A stretch of DNA of 64,000 nucleotides. It comes from Neophaeotheca triangularis. Its lineage: Eukaryota. Positions 13,020-28,472 of this stretch are shown here, one piece after another. A program made the translations under genes and the position numbers. The stretch covers positions 310,001 to 374,000 of the forward strand of contig BAAIJX010000005.1 of NCBI GenBank assembly GCA_054600435.1, read 5' to 3'. Numbering within the stretch: the stretch's first letter is position 1; each line of letters opens with the position of its first letter. Under the pieces are notes generated by a model. That model saw only the letters and a list, made by a program, of their open reading frames with translations, was not told where the DNA came from and searched no databases.

Positions 13020-14402
13020 ATGGAAGAACAAAAGATACTTCACCAGGAGTATGACGGACCTCTGGTCGAGTCCACCGTCTACACCGACCAACGCGAACCA
13101 AGAACCAGAACCCTCATAGCCAGCTTCATGCTCGTAATCTACAGCCTCTACCACCTAAGCCTCGGGATCAAACCCTCAACGGCACCATGGGAAACCACCG
13201 CCACACCATCCCCATCCCTCTCCAACGCCACCAAAATCCTCACCGAAACCCCCCTGATAGACGGCCACAACGACCTCCTAATCCTCCTCCGCTTCGCCTA
13301 CCCAGACGGAATCTACACGCCCAACTTCACCCACGCCTTCGAGCACGGCAACGCAACAGGCATGGTCGACCTAGCGCGGCTCGAAAGCGGCCACGTCGGC
13401 GGCGCCTTCTGGTCAGCCTTCGTCCCGTGCCCGGCCAACGGCAGCGACTTCTCGTCCGCCGCCTACGAACCCTATGTGAAAATGACGCTGGAGCAGCTCG
13501 ACCTCTTCGCGCGCTTGCGTCAGCAGTACCCGCGCTACTTCACACCCGCCCCGGACGCTGTCGCGGCGGAACGCGAGTGGCGCGAGACCGGCCGCTTGGT
13601 CTCGCCCCTGGCCATTGAGGGCTTGCATCAGATCGGCAACAGCCTGAGCACGTTGCGAGCCTACCACGCCCTTGGCGTGCGGTATGCGACGCTGACGTGG
13701 AATTGCCATAACCGGTATGCGGACGCTGCGATGACGGGGGATGGGAACGGGGGGTTTGGGGTGGCGGAGCCGTTGCATCATGGGGTAAGTGAGGCGGGGC
13801 GGGAAGTGGTCTTGGAGATGAATCGGTTGGGGATGCTGGTGGATCTGAGTCATGTCTCGGTCGAGACGATGAGGGATGTGCTGGGACGAGGGAAGCCGGG
13901 GTGGAAGGGCAGCGTGGCGCCGCCGATTTTTAGCCATTCCAGTGCCTATGCCGTTTGTCCGCATCCGAGAAATGTACCCGACGATGTGCTGTGGATGGTG
14001 AAGGAGAGGGGCTCGTTGGTTATGGTGAACTTCTCGCCAGACTTTGTGAGTTGCAAGGCCGGGGATGCTTCGTCGGGTCTGCCGGATTTCGTCGAGGAGA
14101 CTAATACGCTCGAGCACGTGGTGGATCATATTACTTACATTGGCGACTTGATCGGTTATGATCATGTTGGGCTGGGGAGTGATTTCGACGGCATTGAAGC
14201 TGCTCCTCGGGGTTTGGAAGATGTGTCAAAGTACCCCGACTTGGTGGACGCTCTTCTCGAGAGTGGTATCAGCGAAGAAGATGCTGGAAAGATTGTTGGA
14301 CGGAACCTGCTGAGGGTTTGGAGAGAAGCGGACGAGGTTGCGGTGCGCTTGCAGAAGACGATGCACCCGATAGAAGACAAGCTGGAGGCTCCTTGGCTTT
14401 GA
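13020..14402 (+). CDS. Membrane dipeptidase, peptidase M19 (GliJ/renal dipeptidase-like), probable type II membrane protein
   Basis: Motifs LIDGHNDL, AIEGLHQIG, TLTWNCHN, VDLSH, FSHS and GSDFDG, plus an N-terminal hydrophobic anchor. The ATG at 13020 (CACCATG context) is preferred over the ORF-track start. Confidence 0.88.
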   Translation: MEEQKILHQEYDGPLVESTVYTDQREPRTRTLIASFMLVIYSLYHLSLGIKPSTAPWETTATPSPSLSNATKILTETPLIDGHNDLLILLRFAYPDGIYTPNFTHAFEHGNATGMVDLARLESGHVGGAFWSAFVPCPANGSDFSSAAYEPYVKMTLEQLDLFARLRQQYPRYFTPAPDAVAAEREWRETGRLVSPLAIEGLHQIGNSLSTLRAYHALGVRYATLTWNCHNRYADAAMTGDGNGGFGVAEPLHHGVSEAGREVVLEMNRLGMLVDLSHVSVETMRDVLGRGKPGWKGSVAPPIFSHSSAYAVCPHPRNVPDDVLWMVKERGSLVMVNFSPDFVSCKAGDASSGLPDFVEETNTLEHVVDHITYIGDLIGYDHVGLGSDFDGIEAAPRGLEDVSKYPDLVDALLESGISEEDAGKIVGRNLLRVWREADEVAVRLQKTMHPIEDKLEAPWL

Positions 14403-14765
14403 TGGCGCTCAAAGGTAGGGCTGGCCAAGGCCTTGTAAGTATGTACTTCACTATTGCGTCTCAAATTTGCAACCTTCATGAATCACGAAAACCACCTACA
14501 TACGGTTTACAAGGTCTGCTAAAAAGGGAGCCGGCTGTCTCAGATTGCCACTAGAAGCATTTCACTTGAAATCCGAGAAAGATTGAGGCAGTCATCAGCT
14601 GATACTCGAGTTGCTACTTGCAGTACAACTGACTAGGCGAGCTGCTCATGTCAGCCACTCCCGCTGTGACCGGAAACCTCTGAAAGACACCACCATTTCT
14701 CTGCGCCCGTATAGCACGCCTTCATATCTTTGCACTCTTGTCCCTCTGAGCAAAGTCGAAGCAGC

Positions 14766-15568
14766 TCAGCACGGCTTATCAAAATTCGGGTCAAAGTACC
14801 ACTGAACACAGTCCTTGAAGTAAAAGCCGCCCTGCCAATCAGATTAGCTCAACGCAATATCTAGAAGACGCAAAGCAAACTCACCTGTTTGCCATTCTCG
14901 CCACGGGTATTGCACTGGTCCACGGGGATCCTCATGTAACTGGCACACCAAGCGTACGAGCCGACAACGATAGGGTAGTCGAAACAAGTATGCGTCGTAT
15001 CCCGCTGCACGACTAGACGAATTACGCCTTGCTCTTTTTTGCCGAGTTTGCCGGAGTACGTGCTGTTGGAGACCACACAAGTCAGCAAAATCAACTCCCC
15101 GCAACAAGGGCTTATCATTCAGGTACCCTCCTGATTGATGTCAGGGCAAAAGACTCACATGTAACGATCATAAGCCGGCTCGACGTCGTCGAAAATACGT
15201 CCGTCGACGCCCTTGCAGAATTCATGGATGGCGGGGATGATGTGCGAGCGCTTGATGCCGTTGCACTGGTCGTTGCAGGAGAGGTAGGTGCGGACGAAGC
15301 GCTGCTGGGCGTCGACGGGCGAGGTATCGGAATCCTCGTATTCATCGGCCTCCTCGTCGTCGTCATCGAAGGAGGTTTGGCGGCTGCGGGCTGGCCAGTC
15401 GATGACGGGCGCGTCGGTTGGGGGCTGATTGACAAAGTACGAGACTGTTTTGTCGTCACGGAGGTTGGTGAGGCTGCCGATTGCGGTGTCTTCGGCCATG
15501 GCGAGGGCGGCGGCGAAGGTGGCGAGCAGCAGGGCGATACTAAACGTGATGATCGTGATGCGCGCCAT
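14766..15568 (-). CDS. Small secreted cysteine-rich protein (candidate effector)
   Basis: Exons 15568-15159, 15062-14885 and 14831-14766 join across two GTGAGT...CAG introns. Signal peptide, acidic pro-like region and 8 Cys; the protein ends PVDQCNTRGENGKQ|GGFYFKDCVQWYFDPNFDKPC. Confidence 0.8.
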
Positions 15569-16952
15569 TATGGAGGGGAGTCTTGACTGTTCGATCAGGG
15601 GTGTTGAATGTGTGGCGGAGGAGGATGAGGTGTGGTGAAGTAAGGTGGAGGTATGATGGAGAGTGGAGGCCGCTGGATTTTGAGCAGTGCAGGGGGAAAA
15701 GCCCAGACCGGTCCAAGCCCTTCGTCACTCGACGGTGACCTTGGTGGGCGCACTTGAGGCAAGTAATGCAGCGGACGTGCCTTCCTCTTTCGACGTTGCC
15801 AGTCCGTTGCGTCCGACTCGTCATGCCAACCACAGCAAGGTCATGGCAGCAACGACACAATGCCTGCCAAGTCTGAGGCTTGCATTGTATTCTCTGTGCT
15901 CGGCCTTACCTAGGTACTATTTACGAATGTCATGTGAGTGGAACAATCTCCGAAAGAAAGAGTAGCTAGCAGTGTACTTATCCCCGACAGCGACCTGCCA
16001 GACAAAGGGGCCCCCTTATGCAGTCCACCAGACCTGCCATTGCGGCGGCGACGACCAGTGTCAACAGCCAGTGTCTTCGAAGAATTTGGAAGATGCACCT
16101 AGCATCCCCCTTATACTACCCGGCGAGTCCACAACACCACTTCGCGGTGAGCACCGCAGCGCCGGAGCGAGCTCTCAAGCTCGCCTTTGTCCGTCCATCC
16201 CGCGTCAAAACCAGCAGCAGCAACATAGGCACCTGAGGTAGACACGAAAGCGAGCCACATGAAACACTCAGCCCACAGCGAGTACTCACCACCCGATGCA
16301 GCGACACAATCCATAGACGAGACCGTCCTTTAGCATCCAAGCAACACGCAGCAGGGAACACACGCAGAACGCCGTGGAAAAGAAACCCCTAGGCCACGAC
16401 CGAATGGTCCTCGAGCACACCTCAGCCGAAACCTCTTGGTGAAAGAGGCCTTGACACGAGAGGGCAGGAATCGACGAAGGCACAACCAAACAGCAACACT
16501 CAGTGCCCTTGCTTTTACGACTGCCAAAGGTGGTAGACTACCTGCCGCTCACTCGCCTGTGCGACTGCAGGTGGTACAGAGCGTGGCACACTGTGCTCGA
16601 GCATGGGCGATGCAGTGAGGCGAGATGCTTGCAATGTGTGATTGCTTTGCTGCGGTAATCCATTTTCTGGGACGAGAGATTCGTTAGCTGAGGTCTTGTG
16701 AGATAGGTTGTGAGAGGTTGTCAGCGGGAGGGAGGGTCAAGAGATACAATGTTCCCTTCTGATCTGCTAGGTGGGACCGTTGTAGACGACATTGTGACTT
16801 GGAGACACGGGTGGGGTTGAGGATCCAAGCGACAAACAAGAGGTAGCACCTAGGAGACGTAAGAGACCGCGCTGCCCACGCTTGCATGACAGGAACAAGT
16901 CACATCATCTCTTCTTAATACCATGAGTATCGTACGTACGGACGGAAACCCC

Positions 16953-16983
16953 ATAGCATAGCGTAGCATAGCATAGCATAGCA
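16953..16983. repeat. (GCATA)n microsatellite downstream of GFA1
   Basis: catagcatagcgtagcatagcatagcatagca. Confidence 0.7.
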
Positions 16984-17442
16984 GCCCCACCGCACAGTGC
17001 GTATGGCCACAAGCACACCGCTGATGAAAACAAAAACGCCACCCGCTCAACACCCCCCTCTTCGTATCCATCGCACTCTCTCGCCGAAAACATGCTTCAT
17101 CTTGCTGGTGGGGGGTAAAAACAAAAACGCCGATGCCGTCAGTCCGTCAGTTGCCAGCTCGCTAGCTCGCTAGAGGGAAGAGTGGAAGCAAAGGGTACAC
17201 CCGCCTGACGCAGGGGTACGATATCGATTCCCTTCTTCCATCAAGCTAGCAGGTCGTCTCTTTCGATGCTCTTGGCTTGGCGGATCCAACGGTTGTAGAA
17301 GACTCTTCCGCCTTGACTTTATGCCACGAGGGTTTATTAGTACATGCTGTCTTCTCTCGCAATGCATAGTGCCGCAATTCCACCCCTTTTCCAGTCGATG
17401 GAAAAGGGGTGGTTAATTGGGTAATCAGTCTTGTTTTTTTGC

Positions 17443-19882
<2,440 letters not shown>

Positions 19883-21298
19883 GGCTGCTGTTGGCAGTGG
19901 GTGTTGAGACGAGGGACGGGCAGCTCGCGCTTGTGTCGGAGGAGGGGTTGTCGTGGAAGGTAAACTGGCGGTTGCTGATTGATGGGTGTAGGCGAAGGAG
20001 ATGGAGATGGGAGATGTGGAGAGAGAAGCTGGTGTAGAGATGGAAAGGTAGTAGGATGGAGAGTGTTGTTTGTGGAAGAGTAAAGTGTGGTGTTGAGTTG
20101 AAGAAGAAACGAAGGTGAGTGAGGTGAGGTTTCGAGGGGTTACTACAGTAGGCAGCAACAGAAGTACACCTTATTAGCTTGTTGATGCAGAAGCCCAGGG
20201 AACGCTCCGGTTCCATGTCACCCGCAAATAAACGGCGCTAATCGACACGCAGCCCACTTTTAGCCAATGGGCGAGACCCGACCGCCAGACCCTGGGGGCG
20301 TGGATACAACCACGCTCCCGGCTCTAAATCACCTGATGCTCCGATTTTGGCAAATTCACAAAACACAACACTTTCCATTATTGGATACACTCCACACGGT
20401 ATGAATGCATATAACTCAGAAGCCAACACAGTTCGCAAGACACCTATTTGTGCTGCGGTTTAAACCAATGCTCCCTTCAAGACTGTAGCGAAAAGTGCAG
20501 AAAAGCTCCAATGCCCGCCCAAGCGTGTGGCTTAGGTTGAGCGGTAGTACCTTATCCCCGTCCGTGATGTGGACTGCGAGAAAACGAGGCTTGGGCATGA
20601 CGGTACCTGCAGCGGGAGCGTACGTAGCTGGGCATAAACCAACTATTTATGAAACACGACCTTCTTTTTTCGTAGTGCGACACGTAAAGCACGGCGCGGT
20701 TGTGCTAGTCCTGTACCCGCCCGAAGCCCGTTTACGCTCTCTACTATTTTATTATTATAGTGGTAGGCTAGAAGGAAGGCTGTATTGTGCTAGAATAATA
20801 ATTTCCCGTCGGCGATGGCGCTATCATTTGCAAAAGTTTGGGTGCACGCAGCACGTGGGCCGCGGCGATACCTGTAGCCCTGATCTGAAGACTCCAGGGC
20901 TGATAGAGCACCAAAGAAAGACGGACCGACCGACCTTCTCAACTGCCGCAGCCTAGCGAAACCCGACCCAGCTCTGCCATGCCTTTGTTAGAAGGAACGG
21001 CTATAAGTATCCACCGTAGTACTAATCTTCTCCCGGTTCCGTGTTTCTTCTACTCACCCATGCATGCCCACGAGGCTTCCAAGTTCTTCCTATTCGCAAA
21101 AGGCACGACAGCAAAAATCTTTGTTGCACTATTGGAGACTAGAGTCCCACGGCATGCATACAACTATACTCGCAAAGTTCACGCGAGCAGGCGATAGAGG
21201 GTCGGTCCATTGAGAGTAGCAATTATCGGGTGCGAAAACTATGAACCAGGACCACGGGCATGGCATTCTCATATCCAAATTTCACATACCCATTCCCC

Positions 21299-23096
21299 CT
21301 ACAATTTCGCTTTAACTCCCTTCTTAACCTCCTCGGCATGCCTCACCTTCAAAACCCGTCTCAGAATTTTCCCACTCGCGCTCTTGGGAATCTCGTCCGT
21401 AAATTTGACCCCACCCCTCAGCCGCTTATGGTTGGCGACCTTTGAGGCAATCCAGTCAACAATCTCCTTCTCCAGCTGTGGGTTCGCTTGCACGCCTTGC
21501 TTGGGCACAATGTACGCGAGCGGCACCTCGGTGGCTTGGGATTCTTCGTAGACGCCTAAGACGGCGACGTCGTCGATTTTTGGGTGCGAGGCGAGGTAGC
21601 CTTCTAGTTCGGCAGGGGGAACTTGGAAACTGTGGTATGCGTGTTAGCTGGAGGCTGCGCTATCTCGGTAGGGAGTGATAGGGTTTCTTTTTGTGTACCC
21701 CTTGAATTTAATCAGTTCCTTGACGCGGTCTGTGATGTAAAAGTTACCCTCCTTGTCCTGGTACCCGACGTCGCCGGTCTTGAAGTAGCCGTCCGATGTG
21801 AGAGCGTTGGCGGTGCCCTCTTTGTTGTTGTGGTATCCCTTGAACACATTCGGTCCCTTGATCCAGAGCTCGCCGACTTCTCCTGTTGGCACCTCTTTCT
21901 CCTCTGGAGACATGTATTTGGCTGTCTGGTTTGGCAACATGACACCCACACTGCCGATCGTGCGTCTCCAGTCCTCCCATGGCTGTGTGTGTGTTGTAGG
22001 GCTCGTCTCGGACAGTCCGTACCCTTGCTTGATTTTCAGCTGCAACCGCTCGTAGACAGCATCAACAATCTCGCGCGTCAGTGGCGCGGCCCCCGAGTTC
22101 ATCATGCGGATGCTGCTGAGGTCGTACTTTTCAACCACAGGACTCTTGGCCAGTTGCAGCGCAACAGGCGGCACGACGTAGGAGAAGGTGATTTTGTGGT
22201 CTTGGACAATGCGGCACCAGGCCTCGAGCTCGAACTTCGGCATCACAACGCACTTGTAGCCGTTGTAGACGCATTGGTGCAGGATAACCGTCAGGCCGTA
22301 AATGTGGAAGAAAGGGAGGAAAGCCAGCAAGCTGTCGCCTTCAGGGCGGCCAGGTGCGGGTGCGCTAGACAAGTTGCCGGCTTCGTTGGCTTTGTTTTGC
22401 AGGACGTTGGCGACAATATTGCGATGGCTAAGCATAACGCCCTTGGGTAAGCCAGTAGTGCCGCTGCTGTAGACGAGGAAGGCGAGGTCGGTGTCAGGGT
22501 TTACTTTGGCGCGGCGGTAGCGCGAGGTGCCTGCGAGGTTGCGGATTGAGGTGAAGTGTTTCCTCTTCATCGTCGAGTCTTTCTTGTCCCCCATCAAAAT
22601 CACACGGTCTTCGGGTATGCCTACTTTGGCGGCCGCGGCCAGCGCATTGTCGAGCATGTCCCATTGTGTAACTATTCCTTTTGCGCCCGAGTCTTTGAGC
22701 TGGTAGGACAGTTCGTCAACAGTGTAGCCTGGGTTGGCTGGCGAGACGATGCCGCCGGCGAAGTGAGTGCCCCATGTTACAGCAGGTGTGTCTATGCAAT
22801 TGGGTGTGTAGAGGCAGAGCACGTCGTTCTTCTCCCAATCCCAGACGGACCGCAAGCCCTTGCCGAACGAGGTCGCGGCTTCCTTGAGCTGCGCAAAGGT
22901 GTACGAGCGGTCGGTGTACGGGTCGATGAAGAGCTCTGGGTTGTTCGAGTTAGCTAATATGGTTTTATTGGGCTTAGCATTAGATCAGCGGCATACTCTT
23001 GTCGTCAGGAAATGCGTTTTCCGACCTCTCGAAAAGGAAATCCCAGAGGCCAACGTTTGGGATCTCGACAGGCGGGAACTTCGAATCGGCAGGCAT
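21299..23096 (-). CDS. Peroxisomal 4-coumarate/phenylacetate-CoA ligase-like adenylate-forming enzyme
   Basis: Introns 22996-22936 and 21698-21630. Motifs YSSGTTGLPKG, QGYGLSET, FKTGDVG, DRVKELIKFKG|FQVPPAELE and IPKSASGKILRR; C-terminal PTS1 -AKL. Confidence 0.92.
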
Positions 23097-24952
23097 GATT
23101 GGAGGCCAAGATTAATAGATATGGTTTGAATACTTGGGATTAATGCACGGCGAAGGGTAGGGACGATAAGATGTTAGGAGGAACAATATCATTAGCAATA
23201 GCGAAACAGAAGAAGTACATCATCGTCACCACGTAGAGCCTCCGAGGAACCTTGGAAGGAAGAGGATGACAACCGAGGTATAAGGTACCTATCGTGGACG
23301 AGATCTTGAGTTGTCGTGGAAGCTCTAGCACCTGGGACGGTCACTCAAGCATACCCAGCGCCATTTTCCTGTCAGAAGTTCAAGCGGGGACGTAGGACAG
23401 GAAAATGGCGCTAGGTATGCTTAGATGACCGTCCCTGCAACCCGGAGCAAGCAACAAACTGCAACGTCCGTGACATAACTACATCACCAGCACCTCGCCC
23501 ACGATATGGCTGCCTCGAAAGCGCGATATCTTCGATTGCAACTGCGCCCTCCTTGCGCCCTGGCTTATGGCCTCCATGGCCCATGGGCGTCAAACGCCCA
23601 GGCAAGAGAAGGGACGGTGCACGGCGTGCGGGTTTGTGCTACGAAGAAAGAGTTGTAATGGAGATATCATGCCAATCATACCTGTTATACCAGAACGTCA
23701 TCAGCTTCTACCACAGCCGGCTGCAACACCGTTGAGCCATCTGCACAGAAGGCTTGGAAGCGTCTTCACTGCCGTTGCCAAAAGGAAGTACCCAGAGCTA
23801 GGCCGCCTCCCCCGACCACAGCTTCGCCTTGTAGGAAGGCGTGCCTGCGTCCATTAGGCAAAATAGCATGCTGTGGTTGTTTTCCACGTGCCAGCGTGCA
23901 TCTACACGTACCCATTCTTCGACCCTACCGACCACTTCCTCGGCACTCGGAGACCCCGGCGCGCTTTGTTCATCAATGTATTCGCGCCCTGTGGAGGCTG
24001 GGGCTTCTCGAGGGCGACTGAAAGAGCTGGCACACAAAGCCATGTGAGGGATTTTCATTTCACTGGCGCTTTTGCGGTATCCGTCAACGTGATGGAAGCT
24101 CCGCCCTGTTGCTCTTGGGCCGTCAACGAGACCCGTAATGCCAAAGATCTATTGGTTACGGGTAGGAAATTGCCATGCCCCCAGACTACTGGAGGCATGC
24201 TCAGTTCCACACCGCAGCATCTCTAGCGAGCGCCCTTGTACTCCTAGGTCGAGCCTTAATCAGCTGGTAAGTCGTATGTTCACGTCAGTCTGGACCATTC
24301 TCAGTAACATACTGGTGGCGAAGTATCCTCATGTAGCCGACTTGTCTACCGTTCCATCTTGGAGGTAGCCTCTCTCTGAACAGCCTATGTCGATTTTGTT
24401 GTATCAGCCCTATCTTGAAGAGATTCAGATTACCTCCATGGCCTCGGAGCGGCTGTTCAAAATCCACATTTGCTCGACCGGGGAGTCTGCTATACACTCC
24501 TGTGTAACGGAAAGACTTTTGTAGGCATGCATGAGCTAGGCAATCTCGACATAGCCCGCCTCGCCCTCTTTATACTGCGGACGTCCTCAAGGAAATGTCA
24601 CGGGCGAGTGGGCCCGACGCATCGCCTCAATTTGACCGTCCGATACCTTATTTAACATCGAATACAGATCCTCGATTGGCTTTCTACGAGGAGTTCCATC
24701 ACGGCAATGGCTGTCATTCGACGCCTCTTTGAAAAGTGGCCCGTCACTTGTAGACCTCAGTATAGCCAAAACCCACAAGCCCCAATTCAGCGGACGGTCA
24801 GAAAGTATAAGAAGCACTCACTACTTGGTATGCTCCTCTCAACTAGCTTTTGCACCTCAAGCAGTAGACTACAAGCATTCAACGCACATTATCCCTGAAC
24901 TTATTCTACGAGGATCAACCAACTTCCGCTAAAGCCTTAACAATCCTTCAAC

Positions 24953-25660
24953 ATGACAGCCGTGTCACAGCCTCGCCTACAGGAGTTTGGACCTAAGTCG
25001 AACCCCAAGCCGCCAACCTCCCCATCCCCTTGGCCGCGCGATCCCAGCCTTCGACACTACCTCCACCAACACTTCCTCGCGAACGAAGTAATTGCTCAGA
25101 GCGTGTGTCATGTCCACCTACTCGCTGAAGCGTTGGGGCCAAAAAGCGATCCCTGGCCCAGGGATCCTCCCAATGGTCGCTACTTGATCTAAAAAGGTAA
25201 GAAATTACATGGCGTCACAGTGGTATACCAAGGCAAAGGTATTAAAAAAACTGGCTTTAGGCTCAACCTCAGCCATAAAGGCGCCCGACGATTGCAAGGA
25301 CAACGGACCCACGCGCGCAACGTTACAGTCTGGGCGCCTATACGTCGTAACGATTGCACATCGAGTTTGAGGAGGAAACTCAAAGATGATGAGATATAGA
25401 TCGGGCCGGTGCAAAACCATGAGGGAGTGTTTGACTGAGGCAAAGCGAGGTTTGAGCATGTTGGCGGCGTGCATGGTTGTGGTGGAACTCTAGACGTTCA
25501 TTCAACTTTGGCTTACCAGGCACGCTTCGGCGGAGAGATATACAGTATCTGCAAACATTGTCGACAGTACGACGATTCAGAGGTCTTTGTCGGCGCTCCT
25601 TGCTCTTTTCTCAGGCTGGGAGATCGATTCGGTTACGCGGGTTTTGGATACTGCTTCTAG
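24953..25660 (+). pseudogene. Probable decayed gene of unknown family
   Basis: One frame runs about 235 codons from CAACATG with only three internal stops (TAA 25190, TAG 25397, TGA 25436). It contains an internal peptide repeat GPKS..PWPRDP and a CKHC motif. Confidence 0.45.
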
Positions 25661-26004
25661 GTAGCGTTTTAGGATATGTTTTGAAGAGTTTATAAAGCTA
25701 GGTATTCGCATACTAACTTGCACACTAACTTGGAGTCTCGTACATGTTGTTCGCGGAGTTTAACGTCTTCGACCTTCTCAAAACGGCAACTTCCGCCGAA
25801 TAAGTAGGTAGTGAGCCTGTGTGTGTGTACCTAGGTATACCTAAGTATGCACATGATACTCAACGAGACACATACGAGGGAGCCCGAGGTCGAGGAGGGA
25901 ATGCCATTGATACCGGATTCTTTGGCATACGTATACTTTCGAGGACGAAATGCGCGGCATCTCTCGAACATAGGTCGGACTAGTACTACTCGAAATATCT
26001 TCGG

Positions 26005-27376
26005 TCATGTTGGAATCACGCTTCCCAAAGGCGTCTCACGCAGTGCCGCCGCAGTCTCTTTCTGAGCATCGTAGCCGTAGAGGTACGGCTGAATGACCGG
26101 ACACTGCCATCGGCTGGGAAACTTGCCTTCTATGGCACCCCTCCCCAGCTGCGACAGCATAAGTTCGTCTCTGGCTTGCTGCTCCGGTCCGTCTGGCATG
26201 TGGAAGTCTTGTCGCTGGGCGAATGTTTCCCGAACGATGGCTTCCCCTCGTTTCTTGCGTAGACGCTCGTACAGTTTCAGCGCTGCAGGAAGCTGGCTCT
26301 TGGCCTCCATAGCGGCGAGGATGTTGCCTAATACCGCTCCGTCTTCCATTGAGGAGTTTGCACCCTGAGCCAAGTACGGAAGCATTGGATGGCACGAGTC
26401 GCCAATGAAGACAAAGTTCGATTTCTCGCTGATCCAGCTTTCGAGCTCTGGTCGGTGCATAAGCTTCCACTTATCGACCGACTTCACCTGGTCGAGGAAT
26501 CGATTAAGCACCGGATCCCAGTCCTTGAAGAGCTCTCGCATTTCTTCGATAGAGCCAGCCTGACGGGCAACATTGGCCGGGAGGTTGTCGGGCACCAAAA
26601 GAACTATGTTGAACATCTCGCCATTGCGCAAAGAGTAGGCCACCACATGTGATCCAGGCCCTATCCAGAACTGGCATGAAGGCTTTGCCACCCACTCTCG
26701 GAGCTCGGGATCGTCGATGTCTTGCAGCTTCAACACAATCCTGTAAGCAAGGTCGCCAGTCGGTAGAGGTGAGTCTGCCTGCCGGGTGCTCGCGAGGAAC
26801 TTCTCTCGACATCGTGACCACAGACCATCCGCTGCGACGAGCAGGTCGGCATCTATAACTTTCCCACCTTCTAGTACAAGCGACGGTTTGTCGAAATCGA
26901 TATCCGTAACTTTCGCATCCAATTGAAGCTTGACGCCTAGTTCTTTCGCTCGGTCTACCAGAGCCCACTGCAGGTCTACTCTGTGCATGTCCCAGAAAGG
27001 AGCCCCATATTTCCCACGCATATCTTCATTGAAGGCGTCCGTACGAGACAATATCTTGCCATCTGCATAGCGGCGTACTTGGAGGAAGGTGGGTTCTGCC
27101 GCCTTCGACTCGAGAGCCTTTTCAATTCCCCAGTGTTGAAACAGCTTGCTTGCGTTAGGCGTTATTTGGAGGCCTGCCCCTATCTAGGCTTCTGTTAATA
27201 TTGATTGGGATTTTCACCATAATGCTATTGCTCACCTCGGCGAGTTCTTTCGCACCCTCGAGGACGAGCACACTGTGTCCACCGAGAGCACATGAGATGG
27301 CGGCACTCAGCCCGCTCAGCCCAGCTCCGACAATGACAATGTCCAGCGGTGCCGGAGACACCTGTTTCGTCGCCAT
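26005..27376 (-). CDS. FAD-dependent monooxygenase (salicylate hydroxylase-like)
   Basis: IVIVGAGLSG Rossmann motif. Intron 27235-27184 joins ELAE|IGAGLQITPN. Also AADGLWS and IGDSCHPMLPYLAQGANSSMEDG. Confidence 0.92.
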
Positions 27377-28472
27377 TCCCGGTGTTGATGGTGGCTTCGA
27401 GGCTTCAGTCTCGTATATGCCATGTTGGCCGAGGTGTCGCACTGCGGACGATAGGTGAGGTAGCTGTCAGAGGATGATGCGGGATACGACGGCAGGCATT
27501 GACTTTGGGAACGGCTCTTGATGTCGGAGGACATGTGCACGGCATCTGCGGGGCCAAGTGTTGCCGATCCCACGCACGCCTTTCCCGCGACCACACTCAG
27601 CCGTCGACTATCAAGTTAAGTTATTAGGCATTACCAGGCACGAGTTTCTAACTAGACGGCGGTAGGTGTATCATACCAGACATCAAGTACGCTTGCTGCT
27701 CGACAACGATCCCCACTCGTAGACTGATTGATGATTAATTCGAAGAGCCTTGCAATCGGTGCATTGCATCATGACAGAGCAAAAGATAAGGCATTGATCA
27801 TCCGCCACGAAGGAGTTACGAAATGATGCTTGAGATATTGTTGCAAGGACCACCTCCGTTGTATACTAGAGGCTATTAGTGCGATGCGTGCTTCGTCTAC
27901 CAACTTTCGCTACCTATTGTACATACCTTCCCTACTACAGTATGTACCCACGATCATCCCAAATCATAAGGTATACACGCCGATTGAGCGGCCGATAGCT
28001 GGTAACGACACCAGCACACCCCGCTACATATAAGCGATTCTGAACGCACGAGAGGAGGCGCAGGATGAAGTCACACTGCTGACTGCCAAGTTCGGCCACT
28101 CGATAGTCATATGCGGGTAGCTGAAGATACGGAGATAAGTCGACCTTTGTTTATCTTTACACTTCAAAACCGGCCGACCACTACTGTCGAGTTACTACTG
28201 AAGCTTTACGATGCGCAGTAGTTAGTACTCATTGGTTCGCAAGACGGGAACGAAGAAAACACCCAGCACTTGGCCGACAACTGTTGTTTCGGCGTGATGA
28301 TAGCAGAGCAGCGGCGAGATATGCGCATAGCAAGTATAAGTAGGTTAATGCTCATCGCTTCAGTCGTCTTGTTTTCTCACAACACTTCCGTCTTCCTTTG
28401 ATTTGGACTGGCAACCTTGAAGCAAACGAATCATTCCGGCTGTTTGGTTGATCAATCTTACACTCGTCCACC

